A stretch of 64,000 nt of DNA from contig NW_027117349.1 in assembly GCF_038025025.1 (NCBI RefSeq), forward strand, positions 186,001-250,000. The letters run 5' to 3'. Made by a program: the position numbers and the translations under genes. The DNA is from Phyllosticta citribraziliensis (lineage: Eukaryota). The notes below the pieces were generated by a model that was not told the DNA's origin, made no database searches, and saw only the letters and a list, made by a program, of their open reading frames with translations. Shown here one piece after another: positions 50,691 to 62,900 of the stretch (position 1 is the stretch's first letter; the number at the start of each line of letters is the position of its first letter).

Positions 50691-52310
50691 ATGAACCTTC
50701 AACCAGGTCAGATTCCCAGGTCTGAAGCTGAAGCTATAAGCCTACTCCATGCCAAATACGATGACGGAATCGAGTCCGGATTGTTCATTCCATTCACATA
50801 CCCTTGGGTGACGTTTGGAGCCTTCCTCTGTTTTCTCTATCTTCTCGTTCCACATATTCATTCCGGCTTTCTCAAGTCCATGCGCTATCCCATCTGGCTA
50901 TTGAACGCCAGTCTGTCCATTTACTTGATTCTCTACTCAAGAGCACGGAACTCCGCTCCTTCCTTTGCCGTTGGTCTCGTTGCTGCCTGGTCGCTGATAT
51001 GGACCGCAACTCTCATGATTTTCAACGACGCACAGACCGACTTCAAGAGGATAGAACGCTCCGAAGGTGCACATCGCCGGTCCAAGAGCTTTGGAAATGG
51101 GGTGCTTCACAAGAAAGACGACGACGCCCCTGACGTGGATTCCACGTCGGAGCCAAACGGACACGCAAATGGGTCATCTGCATCAAGTGGGAGCTATTCC
51201 TGGCAGAGCTATCCCACCTCGCCTTTTATTGAGCGTTTGGACTGGGTTCTCGACCTCTTTTGCAACTTCCGCGGCATGGGCTGGAACTGGAGGATATCAA
51301 CGATTCCGCCTCCACCTCCAGAGATACAAAAGCAGATCGCGCAAGACTCAAGCGAACCTTCACGTCCTGCAAAAACCACCAAACTGGGACTCGACGGAAC
51401 TCGTCGTTACGACAACCGTGGAGAACGTCTTCGTCAAGCCTTGCTCAACTTCTTGAAAGGATACCTGGCTCTCGACCTCCTAAAGGTCCTCATCACACTC
51501 GACCCGTATTTCTGGGGTCGAATAGATGCTCCCGGACCGTCGTTTCTTCCCGAATTCATCCGCATATCTCCAGTCCTGACCAAAGCCTATCGGCTGACGG
51601 TATGTCTATACGCCATGAAGACTGCCCTCACGTGGTTCTTCGACATGGCACCTATCATCTTTGTCGGCCTGCTCGGATCCGATCTGATTGGCGCGCGGGG
51701 AGAGCCTTGGTTATATCCGGACGCATTTGGAAGCTTCAGCAACGTTTTGGACAAAGGTCTTGCAGGATGGTGGGGCGGTTGGTGGCACCAATCTTTCAGA
51801 TTCGCATTCGAGGCGCCTGCGAAGAGCATCATCAAAGCATACGGGGGGAACCCAAGGTCCACCTTTGCAAAGCTTCTTCACCTTGTTGTTGCTTTTACGC
51901 TATCAGGCTTCCTGCACGCCGCAGGGAGCTACACTCAAATCGGCGACACGAATCCCCTCTCTGGCCCATTCCTATTCTTCGAACTCCAAACACTTGGAAT
52001 AGTCTTCCAGATGCTCCTCGTTCGGCTTCTCCGAGGAATCGGCATTGTGCAGAAGTCGCCGAAAACGGTTCGCAGGATTGGTAACTTTATCTACGTTCAC
52101 GTCTGGTTCTACTTTACGGCGCCACTACTCTGTGACGACTTCTCGCGCGGAGGCATCTGGCTCTTCGAACCCATGCCCGTAAGTCCGATAAGAGCTCTCG
52201 GCTTTGGACCAGAGGGTGCCAGTTGGTGGTGTTGGACGCATCAAGAGGATTCATGGTTTGTCAAATGGCATCGTGGAAACCGTTGGTGGCAAAGTGGCGT
52301 AGCATTCTGA
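50691..52310 (+). CDS. Membrane-bound O-acyltransferase (MBOAT_2 / wax synthase-like), intronless
   Basis: FRGMGWNW, LAGWWGGWWHQSFR, AFTLSGFLH, multiple TM segments. Confidence 0.82.
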   Translation: MNLQPGQIPRSEAEAISLLHAKYDDGIESGLFIPFTYPWVTFGAFLCFLYLLVPHIHSGFLKSMRYPIWLLNASLSIYLILYSRARNSAPSFAVGLVAAWSLIWTATLMIFNDAQTDFKRIERSEGAHRRSKSFGNGVLHKKDDDAPDVDSTSEPNGHANGSSASSGSYSWQSYPTSPFIERLDWVLDLFCNFRGMGWNWRISTIPPPPPEIQKQIAQDSSEPSRPAKTTKLGLDGTRRYDNRGERLRQALLNFLKGYLALDLLKVLITLDPYFWGRIDAPGPSFLPEFIRISPVLTKAYRLTVCLYAMKTALTWFFDMAPIIFVGLLGSDLIGARGEPWLYPDAFGSFSNVLDKGLAGWWGGWWHQSFRFAFEAPAKSIIKAYGGNPRSTFAKLLHLVVAFTLSGFLHAAGSYTQIGDTNPLSGPFLFFELQTLGIVFQMLLVRLLRGIGIVQKSPKTVRRIGNFIYVHVWFYFTAPLLCDDFSRGGIWLFEPMPVSPIRALGFGPEGASWWCWTHQEDSWFVKWHRGNRWWQSGVAF

Positions 52311-54092
52311 TCGTTTCTCCTGTCTTGCTCTACTTTCTCCTTTCTCCTCTCTCCTCCGAGTTCCTGCATCGCCAGCAACCATGCCTAGCATTTTTCTCAT
52401 AACACAGAGTCAAATTGTACAGATTTTTTCCTAGCCTCACAGCTCCAACGCGATGATGTTGACGATTGGCCACTAGCGCTTACCGCCAGTGCGTGCTTGC
52501 CCGGAACCTCCCATGCCCGATCACATTCTCTCTCTCGGCTGCTGGATACTTGCGAGCCCGGCCAGCGCCAACGGCAGTCACCGACATTTACTACGTCCGA
52601 AGTTGCACGCGCAGTCTGATGTTGTGGACGCCATGAGCACCGCCTTGACCGAGCTGTGCAATCCTGCGTCCTGATTGTATCGGGACACGACGTCCACGCA
52701 CACGGCAGGATTCAAGCCAGCCTCGCGACTGTGGCTCGGTGCCCAAAAGACGAGGCTACATCCTCGCTCGTTCCACGTTTGATTTTCCGGCCGACGCGAA
52801 GATAGTTACAGACTTGGTCGAAGGAAAGGCAGAACTACTCGCGGGATGGCTTGGAGCCGTCTTCCGAATATTCATGCCTCACCGACGCACTCATTCAACC
52901 CAACTGGGCGAAGATGCAGCAGGCAAGAATGCGCCATCGGTACGACAAGCGAAAAGCCAAGATAAACGAGGCAACGGGGCGGATTCAGCAGGCAGCAGCG
53001 CTAGTCTGAAGAGGCCCAACAATACGATACAAAAAAAGACGACAGTCACCTGCGTAAAACGCGTTAGCCGATACTTGCGAAGCTGCAATGCAGAAAAGCC
53101 AGAAGAATTGTGTGATTGTCACACTGCATACGTCAGTACCTGAGCATGCAGGGCGCAGTACCGGCAGTGCCGCCATTCGTCAAGGCCACTGGTGCTGACT
53201 CCAAGGGCACTGCCGGTCGGCCCCCACGGGGAGGCTGCAACGGAGCACAAACGAATGGAAGCTTCGAAGGCAAATGGAAGCATCGAAGGAACCGCGTTCC
53301 TGGGAACCTATCGAATCACGATTGACTCGAGTCCAATCTGACACGTCGGATGGCGTCAGTGATGATTTCCATCCTGCAGGCTCTTGCAGGCCCAGCGCGC
53401 AAAACGGACGAAACCTTTTTTTATTGATGATTTTGCCTTGTTTTTGAGAAGCCGGAAATATGCGCTGCCCCACAAGGCTGAATTAGATCATCCGCGCCAC
53501 ACCCCTCCATGTCGCTCGATGCTTCCTGGTTGGATGGTGTTTGGCACGCTAGGGCTTAGGAGAGCCTGGTCAGACCCTCTCTCGAGCCTGCTCTCAACAC
53601 TCACATACGGGACGAGGCTTAGCTGCGAGAGCCTCGAAAAGAAGGACGAGCACGTCCCACCACCAACTCTGGATGTAGGCACCCACCCACCATCCACCTG
53701 ACTGTCAGCAGGTTGTCCGTATTCTGTCAAGGTGGGTAGAAAGACGACAACGTTTGGTCGCTGTGTCTGTATTTATTAATGGCTTTGAAACCCACTCTTC
53801 TTCATGTCCCCATTATCACTGCCTCCACCAGCTCGAGAATAAACAGTACGTGCCTCTTTGGACAAGCAAAAGATCTTTCCTTCGTCATTTCCTGACTCGT
53901 TCTGCTTCCTTGCAGCACTATCGCTTTGGCATCAAGTTCCATCTCTTTACCACATACAAGTAGAGGTGAATACGAATATCCTTCCGTCTTTTACAAGAAT
54001 CGACTCAAATCGGACACTCAACATACCGCCTTCCAAACTTCGGTGCCCCAACAAGTAAAACTGTAGGCCCACGACTGGTACAATACTGGAAA

Positions 54093-54365
54093 ATGGGCTG
54101 CTCATCCTCTCGCCCATCGGGCAACTCATCACTCGGTCCCGCCAAACCTCACCACTCCGCACCAAACTACTACCATAGCAACGGGTCCGGGGGAAGGAAA
54201 AGAGGAGGAGGAGGGCGACGCAGACATTACGCCGACGGAGGAGGAGCCTGGATGGGCGGCAGCAGTTCAGGCGGCGACGGCGGCGGAAGCGGTGGCGGTG
54301 GATGCGGAGGCAGCAGTGGAGGAGGCGGCGGCGGGTGCGGAGGCGGAGGAGGCGGTGGGTGCTAA
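54093..54365 (+). CDS. 90-aa Gly/Cys-rich microprotein with MGC N-terminus
   Basis: AAAATGG start context, MGCSSS lipidation-type start, basic patch, GGGGCGG...GGGGC tail. Confidence 0.55.
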   Translation: MGCSSSRPSGNSSLGPAKPHHSAPNYYHSNGSGGRKRGGGGRRRHYADGGGAWMGGSSSGGDGGGSGGGGCGGSSGGGGGGCGGGGGGGC

Positions 54366-55631
54366 TCTTTCGTTGCTCTTCTGTCCTTCTCGACTGACCT
54401 GCGTCGCCGTGCTGCGCTGACGGGTGTGTTCCTGAAGACTGAACGCGTCCGGAGCGCGACTACAGCGTGCAAAGCGGCAGCGGGATCGTGGGTTGGGAGT
54501 TGGACGGAGCAGGAATGAATCACGGCTTCGCTTCTACTGTCGACTCGCAGCACACGGCCGACGACAATTGGTTTCCTGCGCCGAATCGTGCGTTTGTTCG
54601 TCGGCGCGCGCACCGTCGATTCCGGGTTTTTGGTCTGAGGCCGTACGCGACGTTGGTGAGGGATCCGCATTGATAGAAGAGGTGCCGTTCCAGAGGGTCA
54701 AGATCCAGTTTTGCAGGCTATGCAGGAGTGCAGCGAAGGGGGCACGGGGTACCTATAGATTTCTGCGTCAACGGCGTTTGTTCTTTTGCACGACTTCTTC
54801 TTTTCTTCTTTCTTTCATTTTCCTTGCTCGTGGAATTGGTAGTTAGACACGTACCAAGCTCTCTTCCGCCTCAAGATAGGAGCGACTGCTAGCGGAAAAC
54901 ATGATGCTGCCCACGGATCACTGATTCTCTCTCTCACTGAGGTGTGTTGGCTCGACCGTGGAAAAGAACGGAAAGTGTAGCTTTGACGATGGTGGAAAGA
55001 AGATAAGAAAAAGCGCAGCAGCGCTCGTCGTCCTAATAATGCTGGTAGTCCTCATCATACCAACGGAACAATCATGTCTTTGTTCCCGTGGAACTGCGCA
55101 GCCGAACCGACCAGCCAACTCCGGTCACCCACCACCCATCGTCCAGTCTGTCGCGTGATACAAAGGCTCTCTTTGTTCACGAAGCGAGGGCTGATTGGCT
55201 GGCGAGCGCGACTCGCGCCTTTCGCCTGGTCTTGCTTGCCCGGCAGCTGTTTAGCGCGCCGGACGTCTGCAGTGCGGGGAAAAAAATATGTAAGGAGCGA
55301 AGGTCATATTCTGGTTGATTGAATAAAGAGAGAAGAGTGAAAGACGCGCGCGTGGATATTGGAGGGTGTTTCGGCGGGATGGGTGTGAACACTACAGGTA
55401 AGTCCATTTCGACTATGTGATGAAAGATTTGACATCGACAGAACACGCCGTATGTACTGGTTGAACTCAACGTAAAATGTGGACTCGTTCAGGGGGGTCC
55501 CGCTGAGTACACGGTATTTCTTACAAGTTGCCATGTCGCCAATTCTCAAAGTCTGTAGATGGCGGCAAGTCTTTTGATTATGACCGTTGCTTGCTCTCCG
55601 TCAGACATCTGTTCTGGCTTGCGAGGAGCAT

Positions 55632-56699
55632 TCAGAGGTCTTCGACGACCGCCACGCCCATCTCGCCATCTGCAATAGCCTTCATTATATCCTCAACTTT
55701 CTCTCCACGCTCAAACAGCACCAATTCGAAGGTCTGCGTCCACGTCTGTCCATTGTTCTCGAACCAGTCACCCAAGCTCCGCACGCAAATCTCGACCTGC
55801 CGCTTCAACGGCGCGTGATCCTTTAGGTACAGTATCTGGTCTGGCTCCAGCTTGCACATGTCTTCGACGACGTAGTAGTGTGGAATATCGTCGCCCCAGC
55901 CCTCAGCGCCCGGCTCGTGGTGCGGCGTCGCGTTGTACTTGGAGTGGTGTAGGCGATTTCGGTCAGAGTCCAGGTGGTTATGGAAGCCGGTGAGGGCGCT
56001 GGGGCTGGAGTGGAAGGGCGACACGAAAGGGTTGGTGGACGCAGGGAGCGGGTAGTTGAGGTGTATATTGAAAAGCAGCTGGTTCTGATCTTTTTCTGGG
56101 AACCGCCTCTTGAACTTGCGCGCAATAGTCCCGTTGCTCGGGCAGATGTTGCCGTCTACCACGTCTCTAAGCACGGCGTACACGTCGGCGATTTCTGTCA
56201 GCTCTAAGGTGCTCCAGTTGTGCAGGAGTAATGATCGGTATCGACTCGTCAGAACGCGTGACTCGCGAGGGTAGTCTCGATTGTGGAAGGCGCGACCGTA
56301 GAGCCACAGTCGATAGAGCGCTCGTCTGAAGCGATACTGCTCTTGTGGTGAGAGAAGTCGCCGGTCTTCAAAGTTGTGTTTCCATTTCTTGAATGGGTAT
56401 ATGTCCGCCCACTGCTCAGCAGTACGGCCAACGTGGAGAATTTGTTTCAAAAGGGCGATCGAGAAGGGCGCAGAGCGTATGACGTGAACTTGCTGGCTGG
56501 CGTTGTATGTAAGAAGTTGCGTCGCATCTACGAGAGGCCCGAATTGTCTTTCTGCAGCAGTCTCCAGGATTGGAATCTTTCTCGAAAGGTATATGCTGCG
56601 GAAGCGGTGACAGGTTGAAGAGAGAGCCAGTACATCTTCGACCGAGCAGTGCAGGTAGATGTTGGCCACAAGCTCGGTCGCAAGGAACTCGAACGCCAT
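55632..56699 (-). CDS. F-box domain protein, intronless
   Basis: N-terminal LATELVANIYLHCSVEDVLALSSTCHRFRSI, RFRRALYRLWLY. Confidence 0.8.
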   Translation of the reverse strand: MAFEFLATELVANIYLHCSVEDVLALSSTCHRFRSIYLSRKIPILETAAERQFGPLVDATQLLTYNASQQVHVIRSAPFSIALLKQILHVGRTAEQWADIYPFKKWKHNFEDRRLLSPQEQYRFRRALYRLWLYGRAFHNRDYPRESRVLTSRYRSLLLHNWSTLELTEIADVYAVLRDVVDGNICPSNGTIARKFKRRFPEKDQNQLLFNIHLNYPLPASTNPFVSPFHSSPSALTGFHNHLDSDRNRLHHSKYNATPHHEPGAEGWGDDIPHYYVVEDMCKLEPDQILYLKDHAPLKRQVEICVRSLGDWFENNGQTWTQTFELVLFERGEKVEDIMKAIADGEMGVAVVEDL

Positions 56700-57277
56700 T
56701 TTGGTCTGCTGATGGAGAACCGTAGAGCGAATTGAAGTCAATGAAATCGAGAGCGCCGTCGCTGTCTTCTTCGTTGACCGAATTCACAAGATGTCTGTTC
56801 CTTTTGGTCGTCGTGCAGCTTATCCGGGAGATTGTTGGATACCAAAGCGCCCGAGTCGGGTAGCAGCAGAGCTACGCAAGAAGAGAGAATCGTGGTGTTG
56901 CATGACGAAGGAGATGCATGGCCGGCGCATGGCCGGATGGGCAAAGTTCTGTCATTGAGGGCGGGAAGGAGTGATGGGTAAAGGCAAGGAGCAGTGAATC
57001 GTACAGTGGCACCACAGGCGCCGTCGGTCATCCACCGCAGGACGGGATCCCCAGAGCGCACCCGCCCGGACCACCCGACCATCAGGTCGCCAAGACAAGC
57101 GCGTCATCACTATCGCCTGACGCTCAGAGGGTCTTCCCGTCGACGCGCGACCTCGCAGTGGGACAGTGCGAACTTTGGACGTGCTTCTCTATTCGTCTCT
57201 TCCAGCGCCTTCATACGACCAATCGACGGTCAAAAATCACTCGGCTCATTGCATCAACCTCACGATAACGAGATCCA

Positions 57278-58030
57278 ATGGACGCGTCCGCGATCCCACC
57301 TTTCCTCCGACTCCCATACGAATTGCGCCTCCAAATCTACTCCTACACTCTGCCCAAAACCGTCCACGAACCTTCCAAGCAGGATGACAATGGTTTGGTC
57401 TGGCAAAGAAGTGACATTGCTCTGCTCTCAGTCAATCGCCAAATATCCGAAGAATGCCTCGACTACCTCTATGGCGACAATACCTTCGTGGTGGAGTGCG
57501 GCTACTCGAAGATCGAATTTCGCTTTCGAACCATTCTACCTGACAACCACAACCTCGCGCCGAGCCGTACATACTCGTTCCTTGACCACTTCTCGCAGCG
57601 CAATATCCAGAGGATACGGCACTACCTTATCCATGTTGAGCGCGTCGACAGCTACACGGGCATGATCAAGTACAATTGCAGCGGAAGGGGGCTGACAGAC
57701 CGGACAAGGGAACAAGTACGGAGACTGGTGGAATGCGTGCGCTACGGGGCTCTCCAGAAGATGGATGTCCGCTTCGTAAACTACGAGGGACGCTGGGAGA
57801 CGCAGGAAGTGCTCAGGCCTCTGGTGCTCCTCCGAGGAGTGCGCAAAGCCACCGTCTCGGGAGGTCTCAAGCCGGAATTCGCCAAGTACCTGCAAGACAA
57901 AATGATGGAGACTGGGGATAGGATTGGCGGCGAAAAGTCGTCCGCTCATCGACCTCGGGATTGCAACATGCGAGAGCAACATCGTGATCCTGTGCCTCCG
58001 CTGCTCGAGAAAGTCCTGCTAGCCAGCTAA
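57278..58030 (+). CDS. Fungal protein with F-box-like N-terminal motif
   Basis: PFLRLPYELRLQIYSY, LLSVNRQISEECLDYLYGDNTF, LRGVRKATVSG. Confidence 0.75.
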   Translation: MDASAIPPFLRLPYELRLQIYSYTLPKTVHEPSKQDDNGLVWQRSDIALLSVNRQISEECLDYLYGDNTFVVECGYSKIEFRFRTILPDNHNLAPSRTYSFLDHFSQRNIQRIRHYLIHVERVDSYTGMIKYNCSGRGLTDRTREQVRRLVECVRYGALQKMDVRFVNYEGRWETQEVLRPLVLLRGVRKATVSGGLKPEFAKYLQDKMMETGDRIGGEKSSAHRPRDCNMREQHRDPVPPLLEKVLLAS

Positions 58031-58110
58031 ATCTTGGTCCACGGATATCTATATTTTCCCAGACTCCAAACGCCGTCCGACATGCAATCGCTCAAAACAC
58101 TTTTTCCCTT

Positions 58111-59167
58111 TTACGCAAAGAGAGCCTTTTCATTCAGGGGATCCACCTCCTTGACGCGGCTGCCCTGGCTGTTGAGACCGAGGTCGCCACGCTTGGCCTT
58201 GAGCTCAAAGCCCTTTTCAGCGCGGAAGTTGCGCTTTGCCGCCTTGGACAGCCTCACTTCTCTCCTGACCTGGTTGGGCGAAACAAACTCCTTGTTCTCG
58301 AAGATGATGGGGCCTCCAAAGCTGGACTCCTGGATGATGATTGGGGTGAGGACGAAGCGCGGGCCAATCTCGACCAGCGACAAGTTGGTGTCGTTCTTGT
58401 TGCCCTTTTTCGGTGCGTCGTCAATCTCCATGGCGCCATCCTTAGCAGGCTTCGATTTCGAGGCCTCAGTCTCGTTGATCTGATAGCACCTTATCCAAAT
58501 CTTGCCATCGGCGACCGAGAACGACATGACGTGGTCGACAAAGGGCTTGGTCTTGCGGGCAGTCTTGGGAACGCTGAAGGTCTGGAGGAAGAGTTCTTTG
58601 ATGACGCGCAGATGGGCTTGCTTGTCGAAAGAGGCGTCGAATGAGAGAACAGGCCGGGAGCCCTTGAGACAATTGCCGGTAAAGTGGAGCTCCTCCATGG
58701 TGTGCACTGGGCGGACGAGGTCAGTATGCAGCTAGAGACAGAAGCGGAAATTCGAGAGCCTACAGTTTTGCGCGTGGAACTTGACAGTGGGACCGTTAGG
58801 AGGCTTGCTCATCCACAGGTAGAGGTCCTGGCCCTTGCGAGCCTCGAAGAAGCAGATGTTGTTGCAGTTGTACAGTTCGGCGAGCTCGTTGAGCTGGAAG
58901 AGTTTCGTCTTGGTGTCGAGCTTGGCATCTTTGCGGCTGTGGGGCAGGAGAGAGTAGAGATCGTTCATCAAGTGCCGGTGGCTGCGCAGGCAGATGTTAG
59001 TCGGAAGGATAGGTAGGGCATGCATGCGGGCGTCATTACCGGAAGGTCACGCCTCTGGAACTGAGAATCAGGACCTTGTTGCGGACCTTTTGCTTGGTGG
59101 AGGCGGCGTCGGCATCGTCGTGGTCCCGGGCGCTGGCCTTTGCGATTGACTTGTAGACGGCGGCCAT
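58111..59167 (-). CDS. BRX1: Brix-domain ribosome biogenesis protein Brx1 (3 exons)
   Basis: NKVLILSSRGV, HRHLMNDL, ELAELYNCNN, HTMEELHFTGNCLKGSRP, LVEIGPRFVLTP. Confidence 0.95.
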
Positions 59168-59928
59168 GGCGAAAACAGCAGCGGATGGTGATGATTCTGG
59201 GACCCGCGGGCTGCCAAAAAATCGTCGGAGGTAGACGGCGGACAGGGTGGGCCGTGCACCGGATGGAGGATGTTCCAGCCCGCCGGACCAATGTCAGGCA
59301 GGACCGGGGTCGAGTGCCAGTGCCAGTGCCAGTGCCAGGGTCGAGGCGGGAAGAGGCATCCCCAAGAAACGACCTGACCGATGTTGATGCTGGATAATAT
59401 CTGACGAGGCGCCCGGAGACGGTTCGTGTCGTCGCCAGATGGACTGGCTGACTCCGCCCACGGCCTTTGGTGCGCATCTGGTTTCGGTCTCCCGTTCCCC
59501 AGGCCATGTAATGTAGTCTCGTAGCAGGCCCTGGACGTCTTCAGCCGCCGCCATCAAGCACTGTCAACCACCGTGTATCTCGTCGCGCCAGGCCTTCGTG
59601 CATCCCATTCCACCTCGCCAGCGTCATCTTGTCCGCGTACGGCACGCCCGCTTGGCATCTTTCGCGCATTTTGCCGCAGAGCCGACTGTTGGGCTCCGCC
59701 GCCGTGTCCCCACACCCGTGGCCAGTCCAGGACGTCGACTTTGTATGCGAGCCTCAGAGTTGATGCACTAGGACTTGGACCAACCCGGTCGCGGCCTCGC
59801 AATCGCCTGCGCGATCCTGCCTACCCTCTCCCTCCTCCCACCCTCCGTTCCTTGATGGCCTTCGCCCTCCACGTCGCCCATCATCGACAACACACGGCCG
59901 CCATCGACCCGCCATGTTGCCCGTGACG

Positions 59929-62900
59929 ATGCAGCGCCTGGCCGATGGCGACGACGCCAACCGCGACGCAATGCCAGGGGACCACCAGCCCCAAGCCTAC
60001 AATGCTGCCCACTCGCCCACCCACACGCCCTTTGCTGCCGACCGAGCGCCATCTTCCAACCCGTCGACGCCAGCGCCCTTGCCTGTGCACCCATCCTACA
60101 ATCACCCAACTTCGCCGTCTGCCGCCGCCAGCTTACCTCCCATCGCGTCGACCCTGTACCCGCGCGATCCTCCCCCCTCGGCCTCAAAGTACTATGACCC
60201 TACATCCGACCACGCCTATCCTGCCGCTGCCCGTTCAGAATCACGCTACAAAGGCCACTACCAGGTGCGTTGTTGGCCCACGGTTGTGCCAAGCTCCAAG
60301 AGAATGAAAGCACCGCTAACACCGCGCATGTCAGACTCGGGAACCCTACAATTACGGCGACGCGCGACAAAGCGGGAGCTCCTACCACTCACCAGTAGCC
60401 GCGACTTTCCCTCCGCCACTCGCACCTCCGCCACCTCAATCATCATCTCATCCGCAACCCCAAACCGACCAACCCGTGCCATCTCCATCATCGCCGACTC
60501 ACCATCACGACCACAGCAAAACCATCATGTCCGGCCCATCGGGTGGCCCGTCGACCGCGCCAGCCCGAGGGCCTTCAGCAGACGTGAGTTTTCGTCCTTG
60601 GGCTTCATCCCAGGCTTGGTGATTGACAATTGCTAGGCTCCTCCTCGTGCCGATCCCATGTCGCTCTCCAGCATCATGTCCGGCTCCGAGCCGGCGCCCT
60701 CGACTGCGCCAACCTACCAGGCTCCCACACCTCAGCCCAGCAAATCCTACGCGGACCCCCAACCTCCGACCAAGACAGAACCTGCTCCGTCCTTTTCATC
60801 TCCCGTCGAGTTCAGACCGCCGCCCCTTCATCCAAGCTCAGAACACGGCATGACAAACGGTTTCTCTGCACCATTGCGACCCATCTCGGGCAACATGGTC
60901 GAAGATCCGGACCCGAAAGAAGTAGACGTCGAGTTTGCCCGCATTGAGCACATGGCCGCGAGCGATGGCGACGACGCGGGATGGGACGGCTATCGCCAAG
61001 AATACGAGGAGCGAGGCAAGAAGCGTGTGCTTGACGTCGACAGAATTGAAGATGGTAAACGCAAGGTAGGGTACTTCGTGTCATATTTCCCACGCAAAGC
61101 TAATCAATGCATGCTAGCGTCGCCGTACTGCGCACCTCAAGCGCTACCAGGACGCGTTCTCGACCCACGCAGTTCAAGCCAAATGCAACTTTTTTGCGCA
61201 GCACGAAAACGAGGCGTGGCAAGAGGTGCAGGCCCGGGAGATTGCTGAAGAGAAGGAGCGTAAAAAGGACATGCAGCGGAAGCGGCGGCGTGAGAAGACT
61301 CTCCAAAATGAGTTCCAGAAGCGCGACGAGGCCCTGGCCAAAGCCGAGAACGCGACCGACGAGGAAGAAGTCAGGAGGTGGATGCAGGAAGCCGAGAAAG
61401 CGGAGCAAAAGGCAAAGAATACCAACCGACTGCTACAGGGAGGCACACCTAGCGCGGATATTCGCGAGGTCACTCCTCACGCTCCGAACTTCGAAGGCGG
61501 CACAATGTCAACCTTTCAAATGTCCGAGGATGGCGGCGTTCGCGACGGCCGAAAGGCTAAGGGCCGGCAGGGCGCAAGACCTCGCAAGAGCAAGGAGCAA
61601 AAGCAAGCAGAGAAGGACGCTGCCGCTGCCGCGCAACTCGCGCTTGATCGTGGCGACGAACTCCCGGCGATTGCTCCCAAGGAAGAAATGCGACTGGATG
61701 CTCTGAAGAGGGAGCGCAGCTTCACCGAAGAGTCGAGTCCTCCGGTCGCCTCTGTGCCGACAGCAATCGCGCCTTTCGAATCCAAAGAGTACAACAAGCT
61801 CTACGACGCTATCTGGAAGGATCTGGCGCGCAAGGATGTGCCCAAGGTCTGCCGCATCAAGGACAACTCGCTCGCGACAAAGCAGTCGAACCTGCGCAAA
61901 ACTGCCCAGCTAGCCTCCAAAGAAGCCCGAAGGTGGCAGCTGCGTACAAATAAGAGCATGAAAGATGTCCAGGCCCGCGCAAAGAGAAGCATGAGGGAGA
62001 TGCTCTCGTTCTGGAAGAGGAACGAAAGAGATGAGCGGGACCAGAGGAAGATGGCTGAGAAGCAAGAAATGGAGAATGCGAAGAAGGCTGAGGCTGAACG
62101 TGAAGCCAACCGGCAGAAGCGGAAGCTCAATTTCTTGATCTCCCAGACTGAGCTGTATTCCCACTTCATTGGCAAGAAGGTCAAGACGGATGAAGTCGAG
62201 CGATCGACGGACGACGTCGGCGTCTCGAACCAGACAATCAAGCAAGGCCAACCGGACGCGCACACGGTCGATCTTCCGGCAAGTCACGCCAAAGTGGACG
62301 CAAAGGTCACGGGCTTTGACCAGCTCGATTTCGACGCCGATGATGAGACGGCGCTTCACCAGGCCGCAATGGCAAACGCCCAGAATGCGGTCAAGGAAGC
62401 CCAAGATCGCGCGAGGGCTTTCAATCAAGGCAACGAGGATGCGCAGGCCGACTTTGACGACAGTGAGGAGATGAACTTTCAGAATCCGACCAGTTTGCAA
62501 AGCTTGGACATCCCGCAACCGAAGATGCTTTCGTGCCAGCTCAAGGAGTATCAACTTAAGGGTCTCAATTGGTTGGTCAATCTGTACGAACAGGGCATCA
62601 ACGGCATTTTGGCCGACGAAATGGGGCTCGGCAAGACTGTCCAGTCAATCTCCGTCATGGCTTACCTCGCCGAAGTGCACAACATCTGGGGACCATTTCT
62701 GGTGATAGCTCCAGCTTCGACGCTCCACAACTGGCAGCAAGAAATCACCAGGTTTGTTCCTGACCTCTCCGTCTTGCCCTACTGGGGAAGCGCCAAGGAT
62801 CGCAAGATTCTGCGAAAGTTTTGGGACCGCAAGCACATCACCTACAAGAGAGATTCGCCGTTCCACGTTTTGGTAACGTCATATCAGCTCGTGGTCCAGG

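Noticed and set aside
20763..52310. Secondary metabolite cluster suggested by the methyltransferase, amine oxidase and MBOAT
   Set aside because: No PKS, NRPS or terpene backbone gene, and the genes are far apart among core genes.
23414..59167. Apparent cluster of translation and RNA-biogenesis genes (GRS1, RPF1, tRNA, CAF1, BDP1, BMT5, RBG2, BRX1)
   Set aside because: Interspersed with unrelated genes and I saw no shared motif. Consistent with an ordinary housekeeping-rich region.
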